Source of the DNA: Azolla caroliniana
Lineage: Eukaryota; Plantae; Polypodiophyta
Length of the DNA stretch: 64,000 nucleotides
Assembly: GCA_043228905.1 (NCBI GenBank)
Contig: JBHGNT010000016.1
Span: forward strand, 6,448,001-6,512,000
Direction of reading: 5' to 3'
The first letter of the stretch is position 1, and each line of letters opens with the position of its first letter. Of this stretch, positions 25,797-52,463 are shown one piece after another. The notes beneath the pieces were generated by a model that saw only the letters and a program-made list of their open reading frames with translations, was not told the origin of the DNA and made no database searches. The translations under genes and the position numbers were made by a program.

Positions 25797-27431
25797 GTGA
25801 ACAAATTGCCGGGGGTGGGGTATATTGAGGCGGAAGAAAGAGCGCAAAGCGAACGGTTGCTTGTCACAACCGAACAACTAGAGACGGCCCAGTCCAGAAT
25901 CCGGTGCCTTGAAAAAGACTTGGATCAGGTCACGATAGAGATGGCCAAAATGGCTTTAACGGCAACACAGATCCAATCACCGGTGACTCCGGTAAGTGTA
26001 CAGAATAAAGAAATAGATAAACCTGTACATACCAATAAGACCCCGACAACGGAAACCATTCCAGAGAGAAATGCAGCGCAAGCCCAGGAGCTTGCGGAAT
26101 TGAGAGATGAACATGCCGCACAAGAAGCGCTAAGGAGCCGGGAACGGGAATTGAAGACAGCGGTTGAATCAGAATTAAAGAAGACTGCTGAGAACCTCCG
26201 CCGGGCAGAGGAGAGCCTTCGGAAAGGCCATCAAGCGTACGACCGGCTAAGGGAGGAAAAAGACAATGTGTTGCAGGAAAAGGACAAGCTGCGGAAAACG
26301 GTAGAAACGGAAATTGAACGGCTAAAGGAAGAACTCCGCCAGCAGAAGGACCGCGAAGACCAGGCCCGTCGACAGATCAACGCACGGCTCAAGCAAAAGA
26401 TAGATGATTTTGAGCACCTACATCGGGACTACAAACGGCTGAAAACAGAGCATAAGGAATGGATGGCCGAGCTCCAGCAGGAAGTTGATCGGGCCGCGAT
26501 GGCGATCGCCGACGAACGTGCGGAAAATACAAGACGGTTGGACGAGGCGGAGAAGGTCCGGATGGAGCTCCAGAGGTAGCAGCAGGAAGAAAAGGAGAGA
26601 GCATCAACGGTATTGCGGAAATTACAAAACACATATCAAAGGCAATTGACGCATTACAAGGAGCAGGTGGAAGACAACGTCAAAATCATCAAGCAATTGA
26701 AGGAGGAACGACAAGCGGCGGAGACCAAATCGCAATTGGGAACGGGCCGGATTCAGTGCATCCTCCGCGCATGGCTGAATCAGACAAAACGCTTGATTGA
26801 CGAAAGCTCCGTAAGATGGTGGACAAAGTGGGCACAAAATGCGGCGGAACTCCAATTGCTACGGGCAGACGTGGCAAACCGGCGGAAGGAAGGAGATGAT
26901 TGTTACACGTTGACTTTTGAGGACTTCACCGCCATATGGGACGAGCTGGCCGATGACTTCCAAGTCCTGGCGGATGAACAGCTGGCGCAGGTCCGGCAAC
27001 TCGTAGCTCAACTAGACGATGATAGGCTGGACGCTCAAATCCAGTTTGAAAGCTACGAGTGGTCCCGGGTTCGGGAAGAAAAAGCACTGGAAGCGGCAAC
27101 GGTTAACCTTAGTGATGAGGAACCGTCGTCGGCCGAGGGCTAGCTCGGAACCAGTCAACCGGAGACCACTACGACGGAGGGAGCAACGACGGAGACGCCG
27201 GTGTCAGAGCAACAAACGGAGGAGCAGCCGCAACAGCCACCAACGGACCCGTCGCAGTAGCCATCAACAAAGCAGCAACATCAACAACAACAACCACAAC
27301 AACAACAACAACCAATTCCAGATGAACCATTGGAGACTCTCGAACAAAGCATTCTGGATATTTTGGACGAAGAATAGCAAGGGTCAGATGTGGATTCGAC
27401 GTACAAGGTACTGTCCCACGGGCGTGCCATG
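25797..27431 (+). pseudogene. Long coiled-coil extra ORF of element 1, interrupted by TAG codons
   Basis: ORFs 25797-26579 and 26613-27143 share one frame, which continues through Q/P-rich codons to the 3' LTR. The sequence is E/R/K/Q/L-rich with heptad character. Confidence 0.75.
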
Positions 27432-27947
27432 TGTTACCGGCCGGCCGACAAAGGAGTCTAGAGTGTGAAACGGAGAGTTATTTAATTAGTAGGAATGGTT
27501 GTAAGTAAGCTATGAGTGTGGACGGACGGGCCAGAATCGGTATGCCGTTCCGGATCCGGACCGATCCCGAACTGGTGTGGATGGCACCGTTTTGTAATAC
27601 AGACCGGAAACCTATTTAAAGGCCTGGATACAATGTAATGAACATCGGTTAATTAATAAAGCTTAGTGTTGTTATCTCTCTGTGTTAATTGCCGTTCTGC
27701 ATTCATTGTTATATCTTACGCGTGTGATTATGAAGGACGATCTTGTTAAGTAGCCTAATTAAGTCGGATTAATCGTTGAGTCTAATCCTATTGTCGTAAC
27801 ACCCCTTTGGTGAAGTGTCTTCCGTAGACACCCTGTGTTAGGCCATTGTCCGGCCCTAAGAGTTAACATTAGCAAACCCACAAACTATAGGTGTATGTTT
27901 CAATATTTGTATTGGCTTGAGGTGTTTACACTGCGTGTACATTTTGT

Positions 27948-28454
27948 AGGAATGGTTGTAAGTAAGCTATGAGTGTGGACGGAGTTATTTAATTAGTAGG
28001 AATGGTTGTAAGTAAGCTATGAGTGTGGACGGACGGACCGGAATCGGTATGTCGTTCCGGATCCGGACCGATCCCGAACTGGTGCGGATGGCACCGTTTT
28101 GTAATACAGACCAGAAACCTATTTAAAGGCCCGGATACAATGTAATGAACATCGGTTAATTAATAAAGCTTAGTGTTGTTATCTCTTTGTGTTAATTGCC
28201 GTTCTACATTCATTGTTATATCTTACGCGTGTGATTATGAAGGACGATCTTGTTAAGTAGCCTAATTAAGTCGGATTAATCGTTGAGTCTAATCCTATTG
28301 CCGTAACACCCCTTTGGTGAAGTGTCTTCCGTAGACACCCTGTGTTAGGCCATTGTCCGGCCCTAAGAGTTAACATTAGCAAACCCACAAACTATAGGTG
28401 TATGTTTCAATATTTGTATTGGCTTGAGGTGTTTACACTGCGTGTACATTTTGT
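27948..28454 (+). repeat. Tandem duplication of most of the 3' LTR plus 79 bp of flank (third LTR copy ~27983-28375)
   Basis: LTR sequence from GTTATTTAATTAGTAGG to GAGTTAACA recurs. Flank 27869-27947 equals 28376-28454. An extra ~36-bp LTR fragment sits at the junction. Confidence 0.93.
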
Positions 28455-29973
28455 GTCAACAAAGTTATGCATCCATGTTGATATTGTTAGTTAGAGAATG
28501 GGATCATCATATACCCTACCTATGTATGGCGAGTCGGGAATAACTGATTGTCAATCACTCTTAGAGTATGCAAACTCTCACTCACCTCCTTCAAAGGTTA
28601 TCCTCACCAAGAAGTTCACTTGTGCCATTTTCAAGCTTAAGCAATGGAGAATGTAAATAACCAAAGAATAGAAAACACATAAATTGAGCACTCTTCAATT
28701 GATGACAATCATCAACGCGTACAAGAAAGGAAAATATTAGGTTTTGGTCCAAATAACACTCAACATTAATCTCTTATCGGTACAGGGAATAAAGAGAAGG
28801 AGAGAGCTAAAGATTAAAGTCTCAATGCCTTACAATGATAGGAGATCAATAAGAAAAACTATAAAGACACGAAAGTGACCTTTATAGTTCTTTCTGAAGA
28901 GATGGTCCACTCTCACATTGTGGCAACCATTAGGCTCAAGGTTGTAGAACTACTATATTATGTTCCCTTTTTTTTAGTATCACGCTTGTGTTTTTGGTAC
29001 CAATGCCAATATCCATGCGGGTTGTGCCATGTACAAAATGTGCTTAACAAAAGCTCATGTTTTGCAAAGGTTATGGGTTTAAAAATAAAGTAATGGATTT
29101 CATCTTGCATATACTAGAAATAATAATTGAAAAGCTTGTGCTATCCAAAGGCAATGAGTTTATATATTGAGTATACCACAAACAATCTTTGTAAGTTTTA
29201 TTTGGAGATAATCCATGTAAATGCTAAACAATGCACTTACTATAGTTGTTTCTAAACACCAAAATACTATCACTTTTATAGCAAAATAATTAAAGGGAAG
29301 CAATCTATCACTTTTATAACATCGATGTGATGAAAAGCAAAGGTGCTAAACCTTTTCGTGTTTTTCATCACATCAATGAAGATAAAAATGCATACAAGAG
29401 GGAGATTGACCATAGGTGGGGTTATAAAGCACTAATGTGCTAGTGGAGAGATGTTAAGTTATTCAAGTTTAACATCGTGGACACTTCCCATTGTCAACAT
29501 ACACCATACTTATATCAATTCTTATTTATTAACCCCCACTTCAAGTGCAAGAGGGTGTTGACAATGTTAGGTTGCTTTATTAGGGCGACAAACACAAAAT
29601 GTTCAAGAAAGGTGACATGATCATTGGGCTCTTTCACATCAATGACATGCAAACACACATTAAACAAATAACGAAGAATTAGAAATAGGAACACAACACC
29701 AATGAATGCTTTTCATGTTTTCACTTCGATGGCATCCGATGAACAACATCTCAAAAGTTCATCGAGTGAGGAAATATAAAAGAAAGGAGCACATTGTCGT
29801 GGGTTCGATGAAGATAGAGGAGCGGGCACAATATAAGACAATCAAAGCAAACTATACAAAAGGTTTAAAAAAAAACCAAAATGGAAGATGGGCAGAAACT
29901 TCATGATTGGGGACGACACTAGGAATCAACAACAATTTGGTTTTGACTTAAACGGTTTGGCATAGTCCAAACC

Positions 29974-30082
29974 AAACTGGTAAAGCCTTAACTGGCTCCT
30001 AAATTGGTTAAGCCTTAATCGGCTCCTAAACTGATTAAGCCTTAATCGGCTCCTAAATCGGTTAAGCCTTAATTGGTTAAGC
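29974..30082. repeat. 27-bp tandem repeat (~3.5 copies) within a MITE-like stretch upstream of UBP
   Basis: Unit AAACTGGTTAAGCCTTAATCGGCTCCT; the neighbouring sequence is rich in AACCG/CGGTT motifs. Confidence 0.75.
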
Positions 30083-30822
30083 AAAAATCGGTTTAGGAAC
30101 TAGTTTATCCAAATTGATTAATCCTTAACCGGTATGGGAACTAGTTTAGCCCAAAAACGGTTCGAGTTCGGCACGAGCCATCCCAAAACCGAGCTCAAAC
30201 TAGGTAAGGAAGCTCAAGCCCTAAACTTAACCGAATCGAGCCGCTAAACAATTTAAATATACGGTTTAACGGTTCAGGTAAAAGGCTCGAGCCGTGCCGG
30301 TGCGGATTCGTAGATACACAAATAGTTTCTTAGGCCAATAGTTTTCCTTATTTATGTTTTTGGCCTTAGGCCTTTCCAAGCCTTTGTTTGGGCAACAGAT
30401 AGCAAAAGCTTAAGCTTCTCTCTCTCTCTCTCTCTCTCTCTGTGCAGACAGGCTGCTGGCTTGCTTCTCCTCCTTCCTCCTCTTCATCTCCACTCTTCAG
30501 AAAGGATGCGGGAACTGTATCCGATCTAGGAACCAGAATCAAGCCTCATTCATCAATGAGGGAGCGCCTTTTACCTCGTGCAAAACCTTAAAAGCTTCCT
30601 TTTTAAGGCATGCCAATAGCCGCAGAAGGAGGAGAGAAACATTGAATGTTAAAGTATAACAACTCAAGGAATCTGGAACTCTCTTAAGGAAATCGGTCCT
30701 ATTTCAGAATCGGTGACCTATCTCTCTAATCCTTGCGTTGTTTCTGATAATTTGATTTCTTCATTCTGGCAACCAATCTGAATCATCCTGATTCGTACCA
30801 TTCCCCTCCGAAGACAGAAACG

Positions 30823-45392
<14,570 letters not shown>

Positions 45393-47347
45393 TGAATACA
45401 AAGAGTCTTCAATAGGGGTCTGTATGTATGGAATTGAGCTGGTGATTGCAATGAATGCGTCATTAATTTTCCATCAAGAGCAAAGAGTATTCATGTGCTG
45501 TCTCTGAGGAGTATTCTCGTCCAAATGGATGTCAAGAAGAGTTCTAAAGGCCTGTCTAACTACAGAGGGCAGCATCAATCATAGGAGAAACAAGATTCTC
45601 CTAAAGAGGCATAGTTGTGTATGCTGAGATTCCCTCTACCAGAAATTTTCATGTGAGCTGAGATTCTGTCTAGAGGAAATTTTCCTGTGAAGGTTTTCTC
45701 TAGTAAGTTTTGATGATATGCAACGTTTTATCCATGGAATTCTACTGCAGTCCTTTGGGATTGTGGTTACAAGATTTGTTTTGGGAGCTAAATGAGTGGA
45801 AACGGCTTGTATAGGATAATTTCTTTTGGAATCTCATTCTTTTCTCAGCTGAATTTGGAGTGGTATAAAAACTTCCGAGTTTTTGATGTTGTAACTCTAT
45901 CAAGTTCCATGCAGTCATTGTTTGAGTTGTATTACAACTATCATAAATAGGGGTGTGAAACTAGTAAAATGACAAGCAATAGTGACATATGTGGGTATTT
46001 GCAATCCCCATTAAATGTTTGAGGAAAACGATTAGAGCTGGAAGATGTTAATGTTGTTGAATAGTTCTATTGTTTTTGTCTGCTAACTATATGATGGACT
46101 CTAAACAATGTTTATTACCTGAGCATACAAATATCATGAATTTTAATTGCTCTCCTTGGCATGAGCTTGTGCTTTACCAAACAATTTTTTGTTATTGGTA
46201 TTAGGTTCCATTCCATGGGATCAAATCAACATTCGTTCTTGTACATTAGAAATGACAGAGTCCATCTATGGACGATCTATGGGTAGGTAGCATGAAGTTA
46301 ATAACATGCTTTATGCATACATCTGAAGGGATGTCAAGCACGATTTTAAGGGTTGTAACATTGTGGGTGACTGAATGGTAGGCACGAAACGTTTAGTTGA
46401 TACTCTATGATCGTCAAACACATTGAAAGAAACATGAAGTTGATACTCTATAATGCCTTTCTTTTTACATTGGAAGCAGCATCAACCATATTTTAATTCC
46501 TAAGTCAATGAAAACTTGGGCGAGTGTCCATACTGTTAGCTTTTATAGTAGTGAAAAGGTGGAAAATATTATATTTTTCATTTTTCCAAAATGCGTCAGA
46601 TCTTTTTACTACCTAAATGTACCAACGTAAGTACCTTTTTTTTTTCTTTTTTCCTGTTAATTGTCATCATGGTGAAACACATCGTCTATTAACTCACATT
46701 TCTGGTTTCCACTTCAAATTGTGTCTAGTGTAATCCAAGTGTGCAGTTGTACAGCTACAGGGTTTCAACACATGATGTTTGGAATTGACCGACATTAAGA
46801 CAATCCAACAGGCCACATGCATTAGAAACTGATAAATAATTATTTTTGTTCGATGACACGAACTTACAAGAAATATATTCAGTGCAGGTTATCAACAAAA
46901 CTTACATTACATGATACCAGTGAAGCATGGTAAATTGAGAGTAGACTGAAATGAGAACTGTATAGAACTCATTACTGTTTGGTTTGGAGGTCAAGGAAAA
47001 AATGGCACTAAATCCAACCTCTTGAGAAGAACTTCAATATGGGTTAAGGAATTCATGCCCTTCGTTTCTACGGAGTTCAACAGGAAAAGAAAACATTGAT
47101 GATGTATGGCAAGAGAAATTGCAGAGGAACAAGAAGTTCCCAGGGCTACTTGACCCAAATATGTTCATCATCAGTCTTATTTCATAGATTGTAGTGTTCT
47201 CCCTCTTTCTTATCAAGATTTGGACGATTAAACAAAAAGAATCATCATGCCATTTGCAAGGGTGACTTCTGTCACTGTGCTAAATGCAGCCCCAAGTTTG
47301 TCACAAACATTAATTGTATACACTTTCTCTAGATATGGCACACACAG

Positions 47348-49416
47348 TCATGCATGCTTCTTTATCCCAGAATATGATGCCTTGCGATCAAATGAGGCCA
47401 ATTGGTCTCGAAGATTTTCGTTATCATCAAGTAATCGATGGTATTCTGACGATAACCCTTCCGTCTGTCTCCTGAGAGCTATTGCATTCACTTCTGCGCT
47501 CTTTATTGCTTTATCTTTCTCCACTGAATCAAGCAGTAGATTTTCCATTCGTTCCCTTAATTTCGCAACAATATCTTTTAAAGACAGGATCTCCTTTTGT
47601 GCATTCACATGTTCTCTTTCTATAACATCCTGCTGCTCTGTTTTGAGGTCTAGATATTGAGCTTCCAAATGTTTTGCATGTGTTTTGAGTGTCTCAAGTT
47701 CAGTCTTCAAAGTGGAAATCTCAATAAATTGATTATGTAAGGATCTTATTACCAAGATTAGGAACAAAGAAGACCCTGCGCCATCCATGAAAACCACATG
47801 ATCAATAACTAAAAGAAACTTTCTTCATTCCATATTGGGCTTCCCTAGTCCTATGCAAGAGTGCAATTCCGTCTAGAGATTAAAATGTAGAAGAGTTTTA
47901 TTACATTTCTCTGATTGATAAATATTATTTGACTTGTCTTATCAACCCCACACATGATTTTAGAGGAAATATGGTGTAGGACATAACGTCCTGTCATTCC
48001 ATTCGGACTGAACCAACACCATTATACACCCTTTATCAATTCAATCTGTGAATACTCTGTTCAATCCATAGTGTATGTAAAAACAGTAGAAAAGGTACAG
48101 ATCCTTTCTGTTGAACGAACAGCTATATACTTACATAATTATGTACAGATTACCTCCCTGAGGCTTACATACACTATTACACACATCTATTTGCATGTCA
48201 CCACAAGCAGTTATCATCAGCAAGGTGCATTTCATGAGAAAAGTCCCAATCTTCTTCAAGACATTACAGGATCAGAAACTCTTGAAAGTTCATGATTCGA
48301 TCTTTGAACCACTTGATCAAAAACCCTTTTTTTGATATTCTAATGACCAAAACCTTCACCATTCAAAAACATTGACTGATTTAGAGGTGCATCGTTTTTT
48401 TAAGTACCACTAGTAAGGACTCTTGAAGAAAAACACAACCAAAATATGCACACTATTTTGCCAGCTAAAAGACAGAGCTTCCGCGGTTCAGATATCTCAT
48501 TCCAATTATTCCTAATGAATGTGCAAGTAAATCACCTCTTAGAACATCATTTTGCAGGGGCGAAGACTAACAATTCTGTTTGATTCTTTACAGGAAAAAC
48601 ATCAGAAAAGAGTGAAAGACAATATTTTTTGAACAGGAGAAGAATGTTTCACTAGCAAGATACTCTGCCATCATAAGCTACAATATATTCACATACCCTC
48701 TTTGTTAGATGATGTACCAATTTGTCTTCCCTAGAGTGGGCGCCACATTGGTATTTTGAACAAATGAACTCATGGTTCTCCCAAGTTTGCCAGCTAATGC
48801 TAAGTCTGTGTTGACCAGCATTATTGTGGGTTCCCAATTGCCACATTCATTAGTAGAACTCTTAAGGCTTGAGAGTTACTTATCATCATATTTGGTATCA
48901 AAGGCCATGTTTGACCTTCAAGAATGATCATACAATCTGACTCTTTGTACTTTTCAAGTTCCAATGCAAATGATAACGAGACTGCTTCTCTCTTAAAGGT
49001 CAAGAATCTTAAGAGACTTGCTTATCCCATCAACATTCAAAGCATGAATGTCTTTATATGAATGTGCATGTATGTATGAATGCATGCACGTATGCCTGTA
49101 TGCATGTAAGTAAGTAAAACATACCCATAAGAAAAGCATCCAAAAGGTAAGTTCTGAGAATGAAATGATCTGCTGATGTGGGTGAACCGAGTTTCCATAT
49201 CCTCCTCTGTATCTTATAGATACCAAGAATCCTTGTCAAAAGGGAAGTTATAGCAACGAAAGAGAAAGACCTTACTAGCACAAATCCTGGCGATCCGCTC
49301 TTCTTCAAGACAGTCACAGCTTTCATGGAAAGCTGGGTTAGAGGAGGCAGATCTAGAATCAAAGGAAGTGTAACTAGAGCTTCAGCGAGCACAAGGGCCG
49401 AGAAGAAAGAAAACAT
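47348..49416 (-). CDS. BAP31: B-cell receptor-associated protein 31 (BAP29/31)-like ER membrane protein, 239 aa; exons 49416-49125 and 47775-47348
   Basis: Three hydrophobic N-terminal segments; LLDAFLMG|SSLFLILVIRSLH; coiled-coil tail with ALRRQTEGLSSEYHRLLDDNENLRDQL; C-terminal KKHA (KKxx ER retrieval). Exons sum to 720 nt. Confidence 0.88.
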
Positions 49417-52400
49417 GGCTATGGTGGCACTATCTGTGAGAAGAAGGAATTGGGTCCCTCTCCTTTTGCCCTTTTTGTTTTTTTTAATACCTCTGTTCAG
49501 GATCAGCTAATGGCAGACATGGTTACTAGTGCCTTCTCTTCTTCTTCTTCTTCTTCTTCTCAATGCTCTGTTTTATTCAGTAAAATGGCAAATGTGTAGT
49601 TAATGGGCATATGACCAAATCTTAGCAAGATGGCCCTTAGGAGGTTTTTCGTCCGATTTGCGCACTCTCTCTCTTTTAAACACAATCCCGGTATTCCTCT
49701 TGTGATTTCTCGAGCACCCCCCGGACCACCATTTGCTCTTGAAGAATGTCCAAAAAGTTGAAGGGCTACTAGTTTTGGATTATAGTTTTTAGTCATGTAA
49801 ATGGTTAATGTTGATATGGAGGAGTAGTCTTGATATGGTTTTTAAGTTCTAGCAGTTGTGTAGGATTTGGTGTTGTCAGACCTTTTGCCAAAGACATCTC
49901 CAATAATAGCACTACTCAACATTGAGTCTCGTCTCTGATCATATGCATTATTGAGGATGACACACTACATTGTAGTTTCTTTCGATGTAGGTTATCATGT
50001 TAGCTCGGCCACGGAAGGAAAGCACATCAATTGGATCTTCTATTTGAAACACCACATGGTTGCATGGTTTGATGAATGTATTATGTGTGATTGTCAATTA
50101 TATTGATGCTTCTTTCTTATTTGGGTAGGGGGGTGGTGGTGGGGGCCATAAATAAGAAGCTCAACCGTTTAGATGAAGATTCATTGTTTGGGATAGGAAC
50201 TATCGTCTCATATGGCATGGATAAGGGTCTTTCAAAATATGTAATATTATTACAAAACATGATTAGAATCATGAATGATAACATGCACTTGTCCCATGAT
50301 AAGAGTGCAACCATCATCATGTTAGCTAAAAGTGATACTCGAGCAAACAAGGATTTGAGTAAATTTAGATTGGATAAGAGTTCTGCAATTCCAGTGCAAT
50401 GATGATATTAGACCATCGTTGACTTTTGTTGAAAGATACATTGCACGAAGAATCACAGAGTGTTTGATTACATTGGGATGTCATATGGGTAACATTACAT
50501 GAGAAAACTCACCATTAATGGGGTTCTCCACCATTCTAATTAATACGATGATGAATGTGGTTCATTGATGTTAACATTAGATATAATGTGATTGACATAA
50601 CTTATTCCTTAATCCATCATTATGTTGATTTTGCCAATAAATGAAATGAATTAGTTATGGGATGAATACATTTCTATTTTAATGTTTTGGCATATAGTTA
50701 TCAATCAAGTAATAAGGATCAATAACCAATAGCTAATTATTAGTAATTAACTCTAATAATTGATTTTGTTGGTGGGTGATTGATTGGGTATATAGTTACA
50801 AATTAAATTACTTCCAACTAATTTAATAATCAACTGTTCAAAATATTATAAAACAATAGTTTAATATTTAATTATAGAAGTGTCTTCCTCGTCATTGAAC
50901 GTCAATTGTGAGAACTACTCAAAAAGATAAATATCCATAGTAAATGTCCAAAATTTCACCTTGGACTTCACTCAAATGGATCCAAGATGTCTGAAAGCTT
51001 TAGCCTTGAATTTGAACATAGAGCATCACTATCACTTGTTGTAGGTTTGGTGTAGGACTAAGTAATGGTGGCATGCAATTCGAGTGACATGATGAATCCA
51101 CCAATGGACTCGAAAAGTCTTTCTTAGTCATTAACTTCACAAATGGATTTGCTTAAACTTGTGCAGTTAAACTACTTGTAACTTGTTCCCCTTTTAAAGA
51201 AAGTCAATGAAAATACATGGCTGATATGATTCATGATCATTTATATCTCCGAGAAACTAGCAAAACATTTACATCGTTGGCTCCTCCTTGAAGATTCAAG
51301 CTTCGTATTACAAAATTCATACTACAACTGCTATATGTAACTGCCAATGGGCATTTCAGTCGTTTAACATTCACTCTTTGTATTTCTTTCTAACTTTGCT
51401 TTAATTGATGCATAAACTTTCTTGATGATATCAATGATCCTCTTGACCCTAAACGGTGAAATATATTTCTTTCAAGTCCTTTTAGCTTTGATTGTATTTA
51501 ATTTTGAATGAGCTTTTGGATTACAAGAACTATTTCCTCCCAACCTTCTTAAATTGTCATGCGAAAGCTTTGCTAATTGTCAATGAACTATAGCCAATGT
51601 AGCTCATAAAAAAAAAGCTTGTCATCACATTGGGAGAGTTGGGTTACATCTGCATCACTATCACTATATTCTCGACATATAGTGCAATTCATTCAAGATA
51701 TGCTGACATACTAAGTGGGAGTGATAACTTAAGTGCCATACTTAAGACACTACCTAGAAGGTTGAGCTCATGTGTACGCTTTATTCACACATAGAGATTT
51801 CTTAGGAAGGAGACACATATCAAGAACACATGCATACTCTATCCCATAGGTCAAAACTGGCCTCTTTATGGACGATAAAAATTCTAATTCTAATACTCCT
51901 TTACAAAGGCACCTTGCTTGTTGAGGTATCAAAAGAATGTCCATATAACAAAGTAAATTAACTAGATATAGCAGCAATAACATTGGCACTATCCTAATTA
52001 GCAATAATCAGATCTTGCTTCATTAACTAACGATTGCAAACTTACCCATAAGTTTGTCTTGTTCACTCATCTACAAAAATAGCTTGAAGTATAGGATAGG
52101 TAAAGACATAAGACAGTTCACTTGAGTTAGGTACCCACATTTATAAGATGTTTGATTACCTATAAGCTTAGATGAACTACCTAAATATAACAAACACCAC
52201 TTGACTCTAGCCTACTTGCCCACAATTATGGTTTGTTTCATTAGCTGCCCAATACAGGCCAGGTTAGCTACATTAACTTAATTACAAAGAAGTGTGAAAA
52301 TTTGTGAAAAACCTTAATGAATTCTAGATAGTAGTGAAGAAATTAAAGTCAACCCAAAATTTGTCCATCAACTTTGGTGGAGGGATGATGATCTACAATT

Positions 52401-52463
52401 AGATGATTAAATGGGTAAAGCATGTCCATTACAAAGTAGTAATAGGGAGAAGAGATTCTCCCT

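Larger units (their letters stand above)
22423..27868 (+). mobile_element. Non-autonomous Ty3/Gypsy (non-chromovirus-like) LTR retrotransposon, element 1
   Basis: 437-bp LTRs at 22423-22859 and 27432-27868 (TGTTA..TAACA, ~16 differences by eye). TSD TTAGT/TTAGC. PBS TGGCGACCACGA at ~22867 is complementary to a tRNA-Arg 3' end. Gag and protease remnants present; no RT, RH or IN. Confidence 0.93.

Noticed and set aside
22991-27377. TAG read-through, recoding or U-to-C editing of the element-1 polyprotein
   Set aside because: Host genes here use TAG as a normal stop (NIP7), frameshifts also occur, and U-to-C editing is organellar. Methyl-C deamination is sufficient.
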